Source of the DNA: a bacterium
GTDB taxonomy: Bacteria; Electryoneota; Electryoneia; Electryoneales; Electryoneaceae
DNA length: 17,276 nucleotides
Reading direction: 5' to 3'
NCBI GenBank assembly: GCA_043801585.1
Contig: JAZDLX010000070.1
Coordinates: forward strand, 1 to 17,276
The translations under genes and the position numbers were made by a program. The notes below the pieces were generated by a model. The model was given only the letters and a program-made list of their open reading frames with translations. It was not told the DNA's origin and did no database searches. This document shows, in pieces, positions 1 through 7,751 of the stretch (position 1 is its first letter; every line of letters begins with the position of its first letter).

Positions 1-1
1 C

Positions 2-226
2 ACGACCCCATTGCACCGCCGGGGTCTTGCCAGCGGGTTGATCGAGGACATCGCGGGGCGCCTGGCAAGCGCGGGAGTGCGCGTGCTGAAAACCTCTTTC
101 ATGATGCGGGAGTTCTTCGAACCGCTCGGATTCCAGATTGACCGGCGTTATGGAGGCCTCGTCCGGTTCCTCGCAACGGACCCCGTCGGCCCCCTGGACC
201 GTCATTACCCCCACTCCGACATATGA
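2..226 (+). CDS. GNAT-family N-acetyltransferase, C-terminal part (5' end lies outside the window)
   Basis: The frame is open from base 2 (TTPLHRRGLASGLIE...). HRRGLA matches the R/Q-x-x-G-x-A acetyl-CoA motif, and FFEPLGF resembles the C-terminal FY-x-x-x-GF GNAT motif. Stop TGA at 224-226. Confidence 0.65.
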   Translation, partial: TTPLHRRGLASGLIEDIAGRLASAGVRVLKTSFMMREFFEPLGFQIDRRYGGLVRFLATDPVGPLDRHYPHSDI

Positions 227-290
227 AGAAAAGAAATCCGTTTCTGAACGGTCGGGATCGGACTACCTGGTTGCAATGTGGTTTAAGAAA

Positions 291-321
291 CCCGGCTGGC
301 GGGGCAGCCGGGCCACACTTC
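291..321. repeat. REP-like palindromic repeat, copy 1
   Basis: CCCGGCTG-GCGGGG-CAGCCGGG hairpin (291-312) followed by CCACACTTC. On the minus strand it reads GTGG followed by a palindrome. Bases 299-321 are identical to 578-600. Confidence 0.75.
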
Positions 322-352
322 GTTCATGCATCTCCATTCTTACGTACTCATT

Positions 353-461
353 AGTCATCCTGAGCCACCGAAGGTGAGCGAAGGATCTTTGTCTTCAACG
401 TGACGGGCTACACATGAAAACAAAGATCCTTCATCCGCCAGCCGGCGGATTCAGGATAACT
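353..461. repeat. Cruciform/four-way palindromic element of the GTCATCCTGA...GAAGGATCT / AGATCCTTC...TCAGGATAAC type (MITE/REP-like)
   Basis: Outer inverted repeat 353-363/451-461 (1 mismatch) and inner inverted repeat 380-397/415-432 (18 bp, 1 mismatch). Side hairpins CACC-GAA-GGTG (366-376) and ATCCGCC-AGCC-GGCGGAT (433-450). Confidence 0.8.
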
Positions 462-569
462 GAATTTTTCAGATTGCCACGGGAGAAAACGATTCGCAGG
501 CAGGATATGCATCCCTCGTTGCAGGCCGGAGATGTGAAACCCTGCTGGCCTGTCTACGCGTTGCTAAGA

Positions 570-600
570 CCTGGCAAGCGGGGCAGCCGGGCCACACTTC
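570..600. repeat. REP-like palindromic repeat, copy 2 (degenerate left arm)
   Basis: GCGGGGCAGCCGGGCCACACTTC (578-600) is a perfect 23-bp direct repeat of 299-321. It overlaps the SDR stop codon at 599-601. Confidence 0.75.
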
Positions 601-1690
601 ACGCCATCGCGCGCGAGGTGATTTCTCCGTGCATCCGCATGAAGTCCACGAGCGTTTGAAGGTAGTTCTCCACAGGGGGGCAGGAGATTCCGCTGCCTTT
701 GAGGTCGACCATCATGTTTTCAGTGGAATAGAGGGTCGGCTGGGTGAACAAATCCAGGGTTTGCGACGGAATCTGCATCCACCGTCTGAATGATCGGCTG
801 TGGGTCAACGCAAGTTTTGCCACCTCTTTGGGACACGGCAACGGAATCAGTGCCCGACGAGTCGCCTGGCCGAGCAGACGGACGAGTGGGGCGACCTTCA
901 ACGGGCGGGGATCCGCCAGGTGATAGGTTTTGCCAAGCGACTCGGGGCGGCGGGAAAGGTAGGCAATGGCGTCGACCACAAAGTCCCGTGGGACGATGTT
1001 GATGCGAAAGGTGTGGCCGCCTCCGAAAGCGGGGAAGAAAAACAAAGGTGGTAGTGTCAGCAGCCAGCGAATCACCGGATAGAGGCCGTCGTACTTTTGC
1101 GTTTCACCAGTCTGACTGTCCCCCATGACGGAACTTGGACGGTACACCGTCACCGGCATTCCCTCCGCACGGGCCTGAGCCATGGACATTTCCGCCTCGA
1201 AGGCCATCTCGTCGAAGAAATTGTTGAATGTCTGGCCAACCTCCAGGTCGGTCTCGCGGAAATGGCCGGGGTACCGTCCGGAAACGAAACAGGTCGAGAC
1301 GTAGTTAAACCGCGTGAGGTGATCACTCCCCCCTGCAAACGACAAGACATTGCGCGTGCCGTTCACGTTCACTCGCCGCGCCAGATCGCGGTCCACGGTG
1401 AGATCATAGACAGCGGCCAGGTGAAAAACTTCATCTACCTTTTTCTTGATCGATTTTCCATCGGCGAGAGCGAGGGCTGGATCTGTCACATCCCCCTGTT
1501 GCAGGTGAATGCGACCATGATACTCTGGATGTGCTTCTTCGATGTCGCGGAGCTTTTTCTTTGCATAGTTGGCATATTTAGCCTGGATGAGGCAGTGTAC
1601 CTGCGTCTCCCTGTCCCGGGTCTCGAGCAGGCGCGGAACCAGCCCGACTCCAAGAAAACCCGGGAATCCGGTGAACAGGACGGTACCCAT
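599..1690 (-). CDS. Extended SDR / thioester-reductase-like (male-sterility, NAD_binding_4 type) oxidoreductase
   Basis: N-terminal TGFPGFLG Rossmann motif, GDVT, FHLAAVYD, NVNGTRN, YVSTCFVSG, YRPSSVMGDS and NIVPRDFV. A GGGGAGG SD-like sequence lies upstream of the ATG. Confidence 0.9.
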   Translation of the reverse strand: MGTVLFTGFPGFLGVGLVPRLLETRDRETQVHCLIQAKYANYAKKKLRDIEEAHPEYHGRIHLQQGDVTDPALALADGKSIKKKVDEVFHLAAVYDLTVDRDLARRVNVNGTRNVLSFAGGSDHLTRFNYVSTCFVSGRYPGHFRETDLEVGQTFNNFFDEMAFEAEMSMAQARAEGMPVTVYRPSSVMGDSQTGETQKYDGLYPVIRWLLTLPPLFFFPAFGGGHTFRINIVPRDFVVDAIAYLSRRPESLGKTYHLADPRPLKVAPLVRLLGQATRRALIPLPCPKEVAKLALTHSRSFRRWMQIPSQTLDLFTQPTLYSTENMMVDLKGSGISCPPVENYLQTLVDFMRMHGEITSRAMA

Positions 1691-1712
1691 TCCTCCCCCT
1701 GCAGATTCTACG

Positions 1713-3269
1713 TTATCGTAACCCGGGAATTTGCCTCAACAGCCGTATCGCAGCGTACAACACCTTGGCGAACGTACCCTCACTGACTCCTTTCGGTGCA
1801 GACAGATTCAACAGGTACTGGGTGGCGATGGTCTGCGGTTCGGTGTACTTCAACAACCCCGTGTCACCGTGCCTGCGTCCGATACCCGATTGTTTGAATC
1901 CTCCCATCGGAGCGTCCGTGCTTCCCCAGGTTGTGGCATAGGACTCGTTGACATTCACCGTCCCGCATTGCAGCCATCCCGCCACCCCCCGGCCACGACT
2001 TGTGTTCTTCGTCCAGACGCTGGCGTTCAATCCGTACTCGGAATCATTGGCCGCTTCCAGCACCTCCTCGGTCGTACGGAATTTATACACCGAAGCCACC
2101 GGACCGAAGGTTTCCTCCCTGGCGACATGCATTCCTTCGGTGACTCCCTCCAGAAGGGTCGGTTCATAGAAGAAAGGACCAAGATCGGGTCGAGCCTTGC
2201 CGCCAACCAGCACACGGGCTCCCTTGGCAACGGCATCCTCGACGTGAAACGACACCTTCTCGAGTTGCGCGCTGGACGACAACGAACCGATCTGGGTGCT
2301 GAAATCGAAGGCGCTGCCCATTTTCATCCGGCGCGTCTGCAGGATCATCTCCGAGACAAACCGTTCGTAGATCGCATCCTGCACGTAAATGCGCTCGATA
2401 TGAATGCACAATTGCCCTGTGCTCCCGAACACCCCTTTCAGCACTCCGCTGACAGCACGCTGGAAAGGAGCATCCGCAAAGACGATGGCGGGATTCTTTC
2501 CTCCGAGTTCAAGGCTGCATCCGATCAACCGCTTTGCACACTGTTCGGCGATCTGCTTTCCTGTTGCCGTGCTGCCGGAAAACTGAACGAAGTCCACCTC
2601 TTCGATCATTGCCGGTCCCAATGCGGTTCCGCGGCCTGTGACGATCACCAGCAGATCGGGAGGAAGCCCCGCCTTCTCAAGCAGCTCCGCTCCCATCAGT
2701 GCGGTAAGCGATGTTTCACATGCAGGCTTCATCACAACGGCATTCCCCGCCAGCAGTGCGGGAAGTGTATCACCCAATGGAAGCGTGAAAGGGTAATTCC
2801 ACGGTGCGATCAGGCCGACCACCCCTCGCGGATGGTGACGTACTTCGGCGGAGGTGATCACCGGAAAGACTCCCCGGCGGCGTTTCGGGCGCAGCAGATT
2901 CGGTCCGTGAAAACCGTAATGGCGTGCAACGATGGCGACATCGAGAACCTCCTCCGCCGCGCTCATCCTGGATTTACCGGTCTCAAGCTGAATGATGTCG
3001 TGCAGTTCCTCACGGTGCTCCATCAACAGGGCGTGATACCGTTTCAGCACCCCTGCCCGCTGTTCGAGGGGGCGGGCGGCCCACAACCGTTGCGCCTGAC
3101 GCGCCCGGCTGACCGCCTGGCGGACATCTTCCGCGGTGCAACTCGGCAGTTTGTGCAGCAATTCCCCGGTGTACGGAATATGGACAGGAATTCCATCGTC
3201 ATCCGGGTTGGCGCAGAAAATGCGTTTTCGCAAGCGGTCGACAACTTCAGGAGGTATCGGGTGTGTCAT
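1713..3269 (-). CDS. NAD(P)-dependent aldehyde dehydrogenase, succinic-semialdehyde dehydrogenase-like (actinobacterial GabD2-like subfamily by resemblance)
   Basis: IAPWNYP, KPACET, FSGSTATG, LELGGKNP (catalytic Glu), GQLCIHIER (catalytic Cys), EETFGPV, ANDSEYGL and PMGGFKQSGIGR. GAGGG SD upstream. Confidence 0.93.
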   Translation of the reverse strand: MTHPIPPEVVDRLRKRIFCANPDDDGIPVHIPYTGELLHKLPSCTAEDVRQAVSRARQAQRLWAARPLEQRAGVLKRYHALLMEHREELHDIIQLETGKSRMSAAEEVLDVAIVARHYGFHGPNLLRPKRRRGVFPVITSAEVRHHPRGVVGLIAPWNYPFTLPLGDTLPALLAGNAVVMKPACETSLTALMGAELLEKAGLPPDLLVIVTGRGTALGPAMIEEVDFVQFSGSTATGKQIAEQCAKRLIGCSLELGGKNPAIVFADAPFQRAVSGVLKGVFGSTGQLCIHIERIYVQDAIYERFVSEMILQTRRMKMGSAFDFSTQIGSLSSSAQLEKVSFHVEDAVAKGARVLVGGKARPDLGPFFYEPTLLEGVTEGMHVAREETFGPVASVYKFRTTEEVLEAANDSEYGLNASVWTKNTSRGRGVAGWLQCGTVNVNESYATTWGSTDAPMGGFKQSGIGRRHGDTGLLKYTEPQTIATQYLLNLSAPKGVSEGTFAKVLYAAIRLLRQIPGLR

Positions 3270-3289
3270 GGTGCCCTCGTGCCGGGAAG

Positions 3290-3318
3290 ATTATGATGGC
3301 TGTTTACTGCCTCGTCAA
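3290..3318 (-). promoter_or_regulatory. Sigma70-type promoter for the ALDH-SDR unit
   Basis: On the minus strand, TTGACG (3318-3313), a 17-nt spacer and CATAAT (3295-3290), about 20 nt upstream of the ALDH ATG. Confidence 0.6.
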
Positions 3319-3345
3319 GCTATCCCCGCGTTTCGTCCTTGTCAA
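3317..3345 (-). promoter_or_regulatory. Possible second, tandem sigma70-type promoter for ALDH
   Basis: On the minus strand, TTGACA (3345-3340), a 17-nt spacer and TAGCTT (3322-3317). Confidence 0.4.
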
Positions 3346-3512
3346 ACAGCCGTTTTCCTTTTGCTGTGTCTGCCTCGGTTGTCTCCATGAAACACGAAAA
3401 GCTTAGATTTGGCGTTTTTAGCGTAAGGGAATGAAAAACCGCAGGATGACGTCTCCGGAGGCATATTTATAAGAATTTTGTGATTCTATTTAATTTCTCT
3501 CGAACTTGAGAA

Positions 3513-3541
3513 TTGACTTACAGATAGGTGTCCTCTATACT
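3513..3541 (+). promoter_or_regulatory. Near-consensus sigma70 promoter
   Basis: TTGACT (3513-3518), a 17-nt spacer and TATACT (3536-3541), preceded by an AT-rich tract at about 3463-3497 that could act as an UP element. Confidence 0.7.
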
Positions 3542-3652
3542 CCTTCTCCCGGCAGGATGACATCGGGGCCGACTGTTCTTGAAAACGCTAAAAACGTCAT
3601 CCGCCGGTCGCCACAGGCGAGGAGCTTGACCCATCGATGGGAGGATCACAGC

Positions 3653-3763
3653 ATGAAAGCCGTTTTGATTCGCAGCAGACGCTCCCACAGACTTGAAATT
3701 CTTTACTTCGTTATCCTGGTCATTGCATTCCTGGTGTTGACATCCCTGACTCTTCCGGTGTAA
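3653..3763 (+). CDS. Small (36 aa) single-pass membrane protein, MKAVLIRSRRSHRLEILYFVILVIAFLVLTSLTLPV
   Basis: GGAGG SD (3640-3644) 8 nt before the ATG. Basic N-terminus followed by a hydrophobic stretch of about 20 residues. Flanked by its own promoter and terminator. Confidence 0.6.
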   Translation: MKAVLIRSRRSHRLEILYFVILVIAFLVLTSLTLPV

Positions 3764-3822
3764 TTCTTGGAAGGAGTTGTACTTCAGGTGTGATTGGGTG
3801 CACCACAACCGACAATCTTGCA

Positions 3823-3861
3823 AGGGGGCATACTCCACACGGAGAGGCCCTCTGTTTTTTT
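3823..3861 (+). terminator. Probable intrinsic terminator
   Basis: AGGGGGC (3823-3829) pairs with GCCCTCT (3847-3853) around CTCC-ACAC-GGAG (3833-3844), followed by G and seven T (3855-3861). Confidence 0.6.
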
Positions 3862-3952
3862 ACCTTTTCATGCCGATAACGTCTCACGTTCATTCGCCAC
3901 TTTTGGCATTACATTACGCCCCTGTCTTTGTGTGACACGCACAGGATCCCGT

Positions 3953-5413
3953 ATGGACCAGGCACCCACAAGTATTCCGCAGCTTGTCATCCGCCGTGTT
4001 CGCCATGAAATGAATGGCTGGATACGTGCGCTTCAGCAGGGCTCATCAGCGTTGGGGGATTTCTCCTCACGATCATCGAACGAGCTTGCCTACAGCAGCC
4101 GTGTCTGGCAGGAAGCGCTGGATGAGATCGAGGGGATCCTTGACAAGGCGGATGAACTCACGTTTGCACAGATTGACAGATTGCTCGAGTTGCTCCCCCC
4201 GGACCGAGCGATTCTCCGGTATCACCTTGAGCGGTTGACCCCCGTTTACGAGGAAGTCTGCCTTTCGGCTCGTGGCGATACCGCCGACACCTTTCGCCAG
4301 GCAGAGGTCGCGATCGACCGCGGTGACTTCGAGATCGGTCTGAATATCCTCGATCACGTTTCGAAAAATGATCCTCGATTCTATCCCGCATTGATGCTGA
4401 AGGGGGTGACTCTGATGAGAAGCTCGAGAGGACGGGAGGAGTCCATCCGCCTGTTCGAGCGCTCCATTCAGGCAGCACCGTTGAAGGCGGGCGATCGTTA
4501 TAAAATGCTGGCCCTCGAACTACTGGCATCGACCTGCCAGATCGCGGATTCTCCCCAGATGGCGATCAAGACCCTCCGCCGCACTCGATCGGTCGGTTAT
4601 GAAGATCCCGCAATCGACTACAACATTGCACGCCACCACGCAATCATTGGACAGTCGACGGACGCGATCAACGCGCTGGAACTGGCCATACAGCATCGTC
4701 CGATGCTGTTCTCGCTTTCGCTCGTCGACCGTGATTTCACTTCCATCCGCCGTACCATTGTCGAAAAGCTGGAGGAGGAAAACGAACGGTGGGGAGAGCT
4801 GGCGGTCGCGCACCTGAAAGAAGGACGGCGTATCATCCGGCTCGCGGAAGACCTGAAGCTGGACAAACGTGACCGTGCCGTCGCCAAAGGCAAGGCTGCC
4901 CTGGAAGAGATGAACAAGATGCTGGATTTCGGATGTTATTCCGTGTACAAGGAAATTCTCCATCACCATCTCCCCCGCTGGCTTGAAACGGTGCCCGCGG
5001 CGATCGAACGAAACCTCAACGAAATCGCGCAGGAGAGACTCGAACAAGTTCGCGAACACAACGAGGAGCTGGAAAAGGCGTTCAAACACAAGCGCAGCAT
5101 ATTCCTGCGCGTCGGAATTCCGCTTTGGGGATTTTTCTGTGCGCTGGTTTTTCTGATTGCCGTATCGAAGGGAAGCGGTATGGGCGCCGCGGTTCTCTCC
5201 GCCGGTGTGATGCTTCTGATTGGAACCATTCCTTTCACGGTTGTCAACTCTCTCCTTCGGCGATCATTCGAGGAGAAAAGAATCTCGTTGGACAAGGTAC
5301 CCGACGTGCGAGCGGAGATTAACCAGATTCAGGATTTTCAGAAATCGATGACGGTTCGTCTGCGCGAAATCGGCGTTGAGGTCAAACCGTTGGACAGAAA
5401 GCGTCAGGGATAA
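3953..5413 (+). CDS. TPR-containing membrane protein with coiled-coil regions and two C-terminal TM helices, function unknown
   Basis: TPR-like helices (AEVAIDRGDFEIGLNIL..., ALMLKGVTLM...ESIRLFERSI, YNIARHHAIIGQSTDAINALELAI...DRDFTSIR) and two hydrophobic segments near the C-terminus. Start placed at ATG 3953 after ACAGGA; the track's start at 3794 would run through the terminator. Confidence 0.75.
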   Translation: MDQAPTSIPQLVIRRVRHEMNGWIRALQQGSSALGDFSSRSSNELAYSSRVWQEALDEIEGILDKADELTFAQIDRLLELLPPDRAILRYHLERLTPVYEEVCLSARGDTADTFRQAEVAIDRGDFEIGLNILDHVSKNDPRFYPALMLKGVTLMRSSRGREESIRLFERSIQAAPLKAGDRYKMLALELLASTCQIADSPQMAIKTLRRTRSVGYEDPAIDYNIARHHAIIGQSTDAINALELAIQHRPMLFSLSLVDRDFTSIRRTIVEKLEEENERWGELAVAHLKEGRRIIRLAEDLKLDKRDRAVAKGKAALEEMNKMLDFGCYSVYKEILHHHLPRWLETVPAAIERNLNEIAQERLEQVREHNEELEKAFKHKRSIFLRVGIPLWGFFCALVFLIAVSKGSGMGAAVLSAGVMLLIGTIPFTVVNSLLRRSFEEKRISLDKVPDVRAEINQIQDFQKSMTVRLREIGVEVKPLDRKRQG

Positions 5414-5519
5414 TTTCGTTTGTTGTGACAGGTGGTGTTTGCTCATGAGAATTTCAGACGTAGCCTGATATCATTTCACGGTTGCAACCAATGGAAGGGT
5501 TCAGGCGAACTTCCGAAAT

Positions 5520-7751
5520 TCATGTTTCGGGTTTGGGATCTTTTGAATCAGCCTGGAGCAAGCTGCGAATCTCTTCGATCAGCTTTTCCGGCAGGTAGGG
5601 TTTTGTCAGAAGTCCATCCGCGCCCTGACGAAGCAATTCGTCCACCTGTTGAGAGTGCCAGACGCCACTCTGCACCAGGACAGGCACCCTCTCCCCCGCT
5701 TCGCGAAGCGTACGCAGCACTTCCTTTCCCCCAACATTCCGCATCGCCCAGTCGAGCACAACAACAGCGATTTCATCTCGATGGCCTTTATAGAGATCGA
5801 GCGCTTCACGTCCATCGCTGGCGGTGAGCACCGTATACCCATACAACTCCAGAGCCGTTTTACCCACCTCGCGAACCAGAGCTTCATCGTCAACGAGAAG
5901 CACTGTTTCGTTGCCATAGAGTGACTGTGTTAACGGTTCCTCCGCTGTCGCGGAAGAGAGGATTTCCTCCTCGTCAGGCATCTGATTACGTTCACGATCC
6001 CGGCGGTCGGTCATCAATCGGGAGTCCTCCTCGAACCGTTCCGCCGAAGGAAGCAGAATGTGGAAGGTGCTCCCCACATTCAACTCGGATTCCACTTCCA
6101 TCCAGCCCCGATGTTGCTGCACGGTGCCGTGAGCGTTCGAGAGGCCAAGACCTGTACCCTTTGAAGGCCCCTTCGTCGTGAAGAACGGTTCGAAAATTCG
6201 GGCAATGGTAGCCCGGTCCATACCGACTCCGGTATCGCGCACGCCGATCGAAACATAGATTCCAGGCTGTGCCGACTCACCGCGAGGCAGATCCCGCTCG
6301 GACATGAAAGATTTCCGTTTCGCGGTGATATGGATCGTACCGCCTTTTGGCATCGCATCGCGAGCGTTGACACAGAGATTCAGAAGCACCTGCTGCATGC
6401 GGCCGGGGTCGACCATCACTGGGGGCACATTCGGCTCCACAGACACTTCAAAATGAATCCCCTGCCAGCCTGCGTGGGAGATCAGGTCCACCGTGTCAGC
6501 GATCAGGTTTTCCACGTCCATTCGCCGAGGAGTGAATGGATGACGACGGCTGAACGTCAGGAGTTGTTCGGTAAGTGTGGCGCCTCTTCGTGTGCTGCGG
6601 ATGATCCCATCAAGATGCGCGACAAATTTGGAATCCATCTTCGCGTGCTTTTTCAGGATGGCTGCGTTGCCGCTGATGATGGTCAAAACGTTGTTGAAAT
6701 CGTGTGCGACTCCACCCGCGAGCTTCCCCAACGCTTCCATTCTCTGATGGTGAAGGAGTTGTTCTTCCAGCTTACGCTGACGTGTCAAATCCTGAACGTA
6801 GATCGCGTAAGCCGTGGGTTGTCCGGGAATGTCCACAGCGTACGCAGTCAGCAGGACGGGAACCGAGATCCCTGAATTGCGGAGCAGCAGTTCCGTGCTG
6901 AACGTTCCTCCGCTCGCTGCGCATTCAAGGATCAGATCCGGAACGTCCATCAGCAGATCGGTATACGCCCTGTCGATGGCGCTTGACCTTGAGATTCCGG
7001 TCAACGACTCCATCCCGCGGTTCCAGACGAGAATCAGGCCGTCCTCGCTGATAGTGAAAATGGGTTGGTTGCTTTCGGTGATCACGGTCGCCAGGAATGT
7101 CGCCTGGTTGACGGCGCGGTGTTCCTGCGTCAGATCCCTGGACGTTCCCAGCACCTCCACAACTTCTCCCCGATGGTACACCGGCGCGAGACGTATTCTT
7201 GCCCGGCGGAAGGACCCGTCATGAAATTTAATGCGGGCGCCGAATTCGACCGTGATTCCTGTGTTCAACACGTGTTGAATTCTGTTCTCCGCCGTGGAAA
7301 TGTCGTTGTGATGAAGCCACTCAAGGAGGCGAATCCCAACGATCTCATCTGCTTCAAGTCCGAGGGTGTTCAGGAACGCTCGATTCGCGTCAAGCACCAC
7401 TCCCTGGGTAGACAAGCTGAACGTCGGCAGGTCGGCCAGCTCCTTAAGCAAATTGTACCGTCCTATCGCTTCGTTGGTGACGCGATCCAACTCTTCGTTG
7501 TGCAGGGCAATCAAAAAGAAGAGATAGGCCAATACGAGCATCATCAGATATCCGGTTTCAAGGAGAAAGACCTCCTGGCGGGTCAGATTCCACCTGCACT
7601 CCATGACCACCCACGTCAGTATCACCCAGACGATCATCTCTGCAAGAAGCAGACGGGGTGAATTCCATGTGTTGACCCGCCCGAGGAAAAACAGGTAGAA
7701 GAGACCCGCGCTCAATATCAGAAGCGTGAGAATATTCAACACGGTGATCAT
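5520..7751 (-). CDS. Membrane-bound hybrid sensor histidine kinase (3 TM - PAS - PAS - HisKA - HATPase - REC), CckA-like architecture
   Basis: H-box GGVAHDFNNVLT, N-box QVLLNLCVNARDAM, G1 DTGVGM, F-box IFEPFFTTK and G2 GTGLGL. Receiver motifs LVDDE, VLDWAM and TKPY. Two PAS-like segments. Confidence 0.95.
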   Translation of the reverse strand: MITVLNILTLLILSAGLFYLFFLGRVNTWNSPRLLLAEMIVWVILTWVVMECRWNLTRQEVFLLETGYLMMLVLAYLFFLIALHNEELDRVTNEAIGRYNLLKELADLPTFSLSTQGVVLDANRAFLNTLGLEADEIVGIRLLEWLHHNDISTAENRIQHVLNTGITVEFGARIKFHDGSFRRARIRLAPVYHRGEVVEVLGTSRDLTQEHRAVNQATFLATVITESNQPIFTISEDGLILVWNRGMESLTGISRSSAIDRAYTDLLMDVPDLILECAASGGTFSTELLLRNSGISVPVLLTAYAVDIPGQPTAYAIYVQDLTRQRKLEEQLLHHQRMEALGKLAGGVAHDFNNVLTIISGNAAILKKHAKMDSKFVAHLDGIIRSTRRGATLTEQLLTFSRRHPFTPRRMDVENLIADTVDLISHAGWQGIHFEVSVEPNVPPVMVDPGRMQQVLLNLCVNARDAMPKGGTIHITAKRKSFMSERDLPRGESAQPGIYVSIGVRDTGVGMDRATIARIFEPFFTTKGPSKGTGLGLSNAHGTVQQHRGWMEVESELNVGSTFHILLPSAERFEEDSRLMTDRRDRERNQMPDEEEILSSATAEEPLTQSLYGNETVLLVDDEALVREVGKTALELYGYTVLTASDGREALDLYKGHRDEIAVVVLDWAMRNVGGKEVLRTLREAGERVPVLVQSGVWHSQQVDELLRQGADGLLTKPYLPEKLIEEIRSLLQADSKDPKPET

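Noticed and set aside
414..659. 81-aa ORF MKTKILHPPAGG...
   Set aside because: It is built from the palindromic and REP-like repeats, overlaps the SDR 3' end, and has no SD.
1731..3296. 521-aa plus-strand ORF
   Set aside because: It is an antisense shadow of the well-supported ALDH, has no recognisable motifs, and such ORFs are typical of GC-rich codon bias.
3506..3652. N-terminal extension of the small ORF to 85 aa (TTG 3506)
   Set aside because: That start lies upstream of the predicted promoter and has no SD, whereas ATG 3653 has GGAGG at good spacing.
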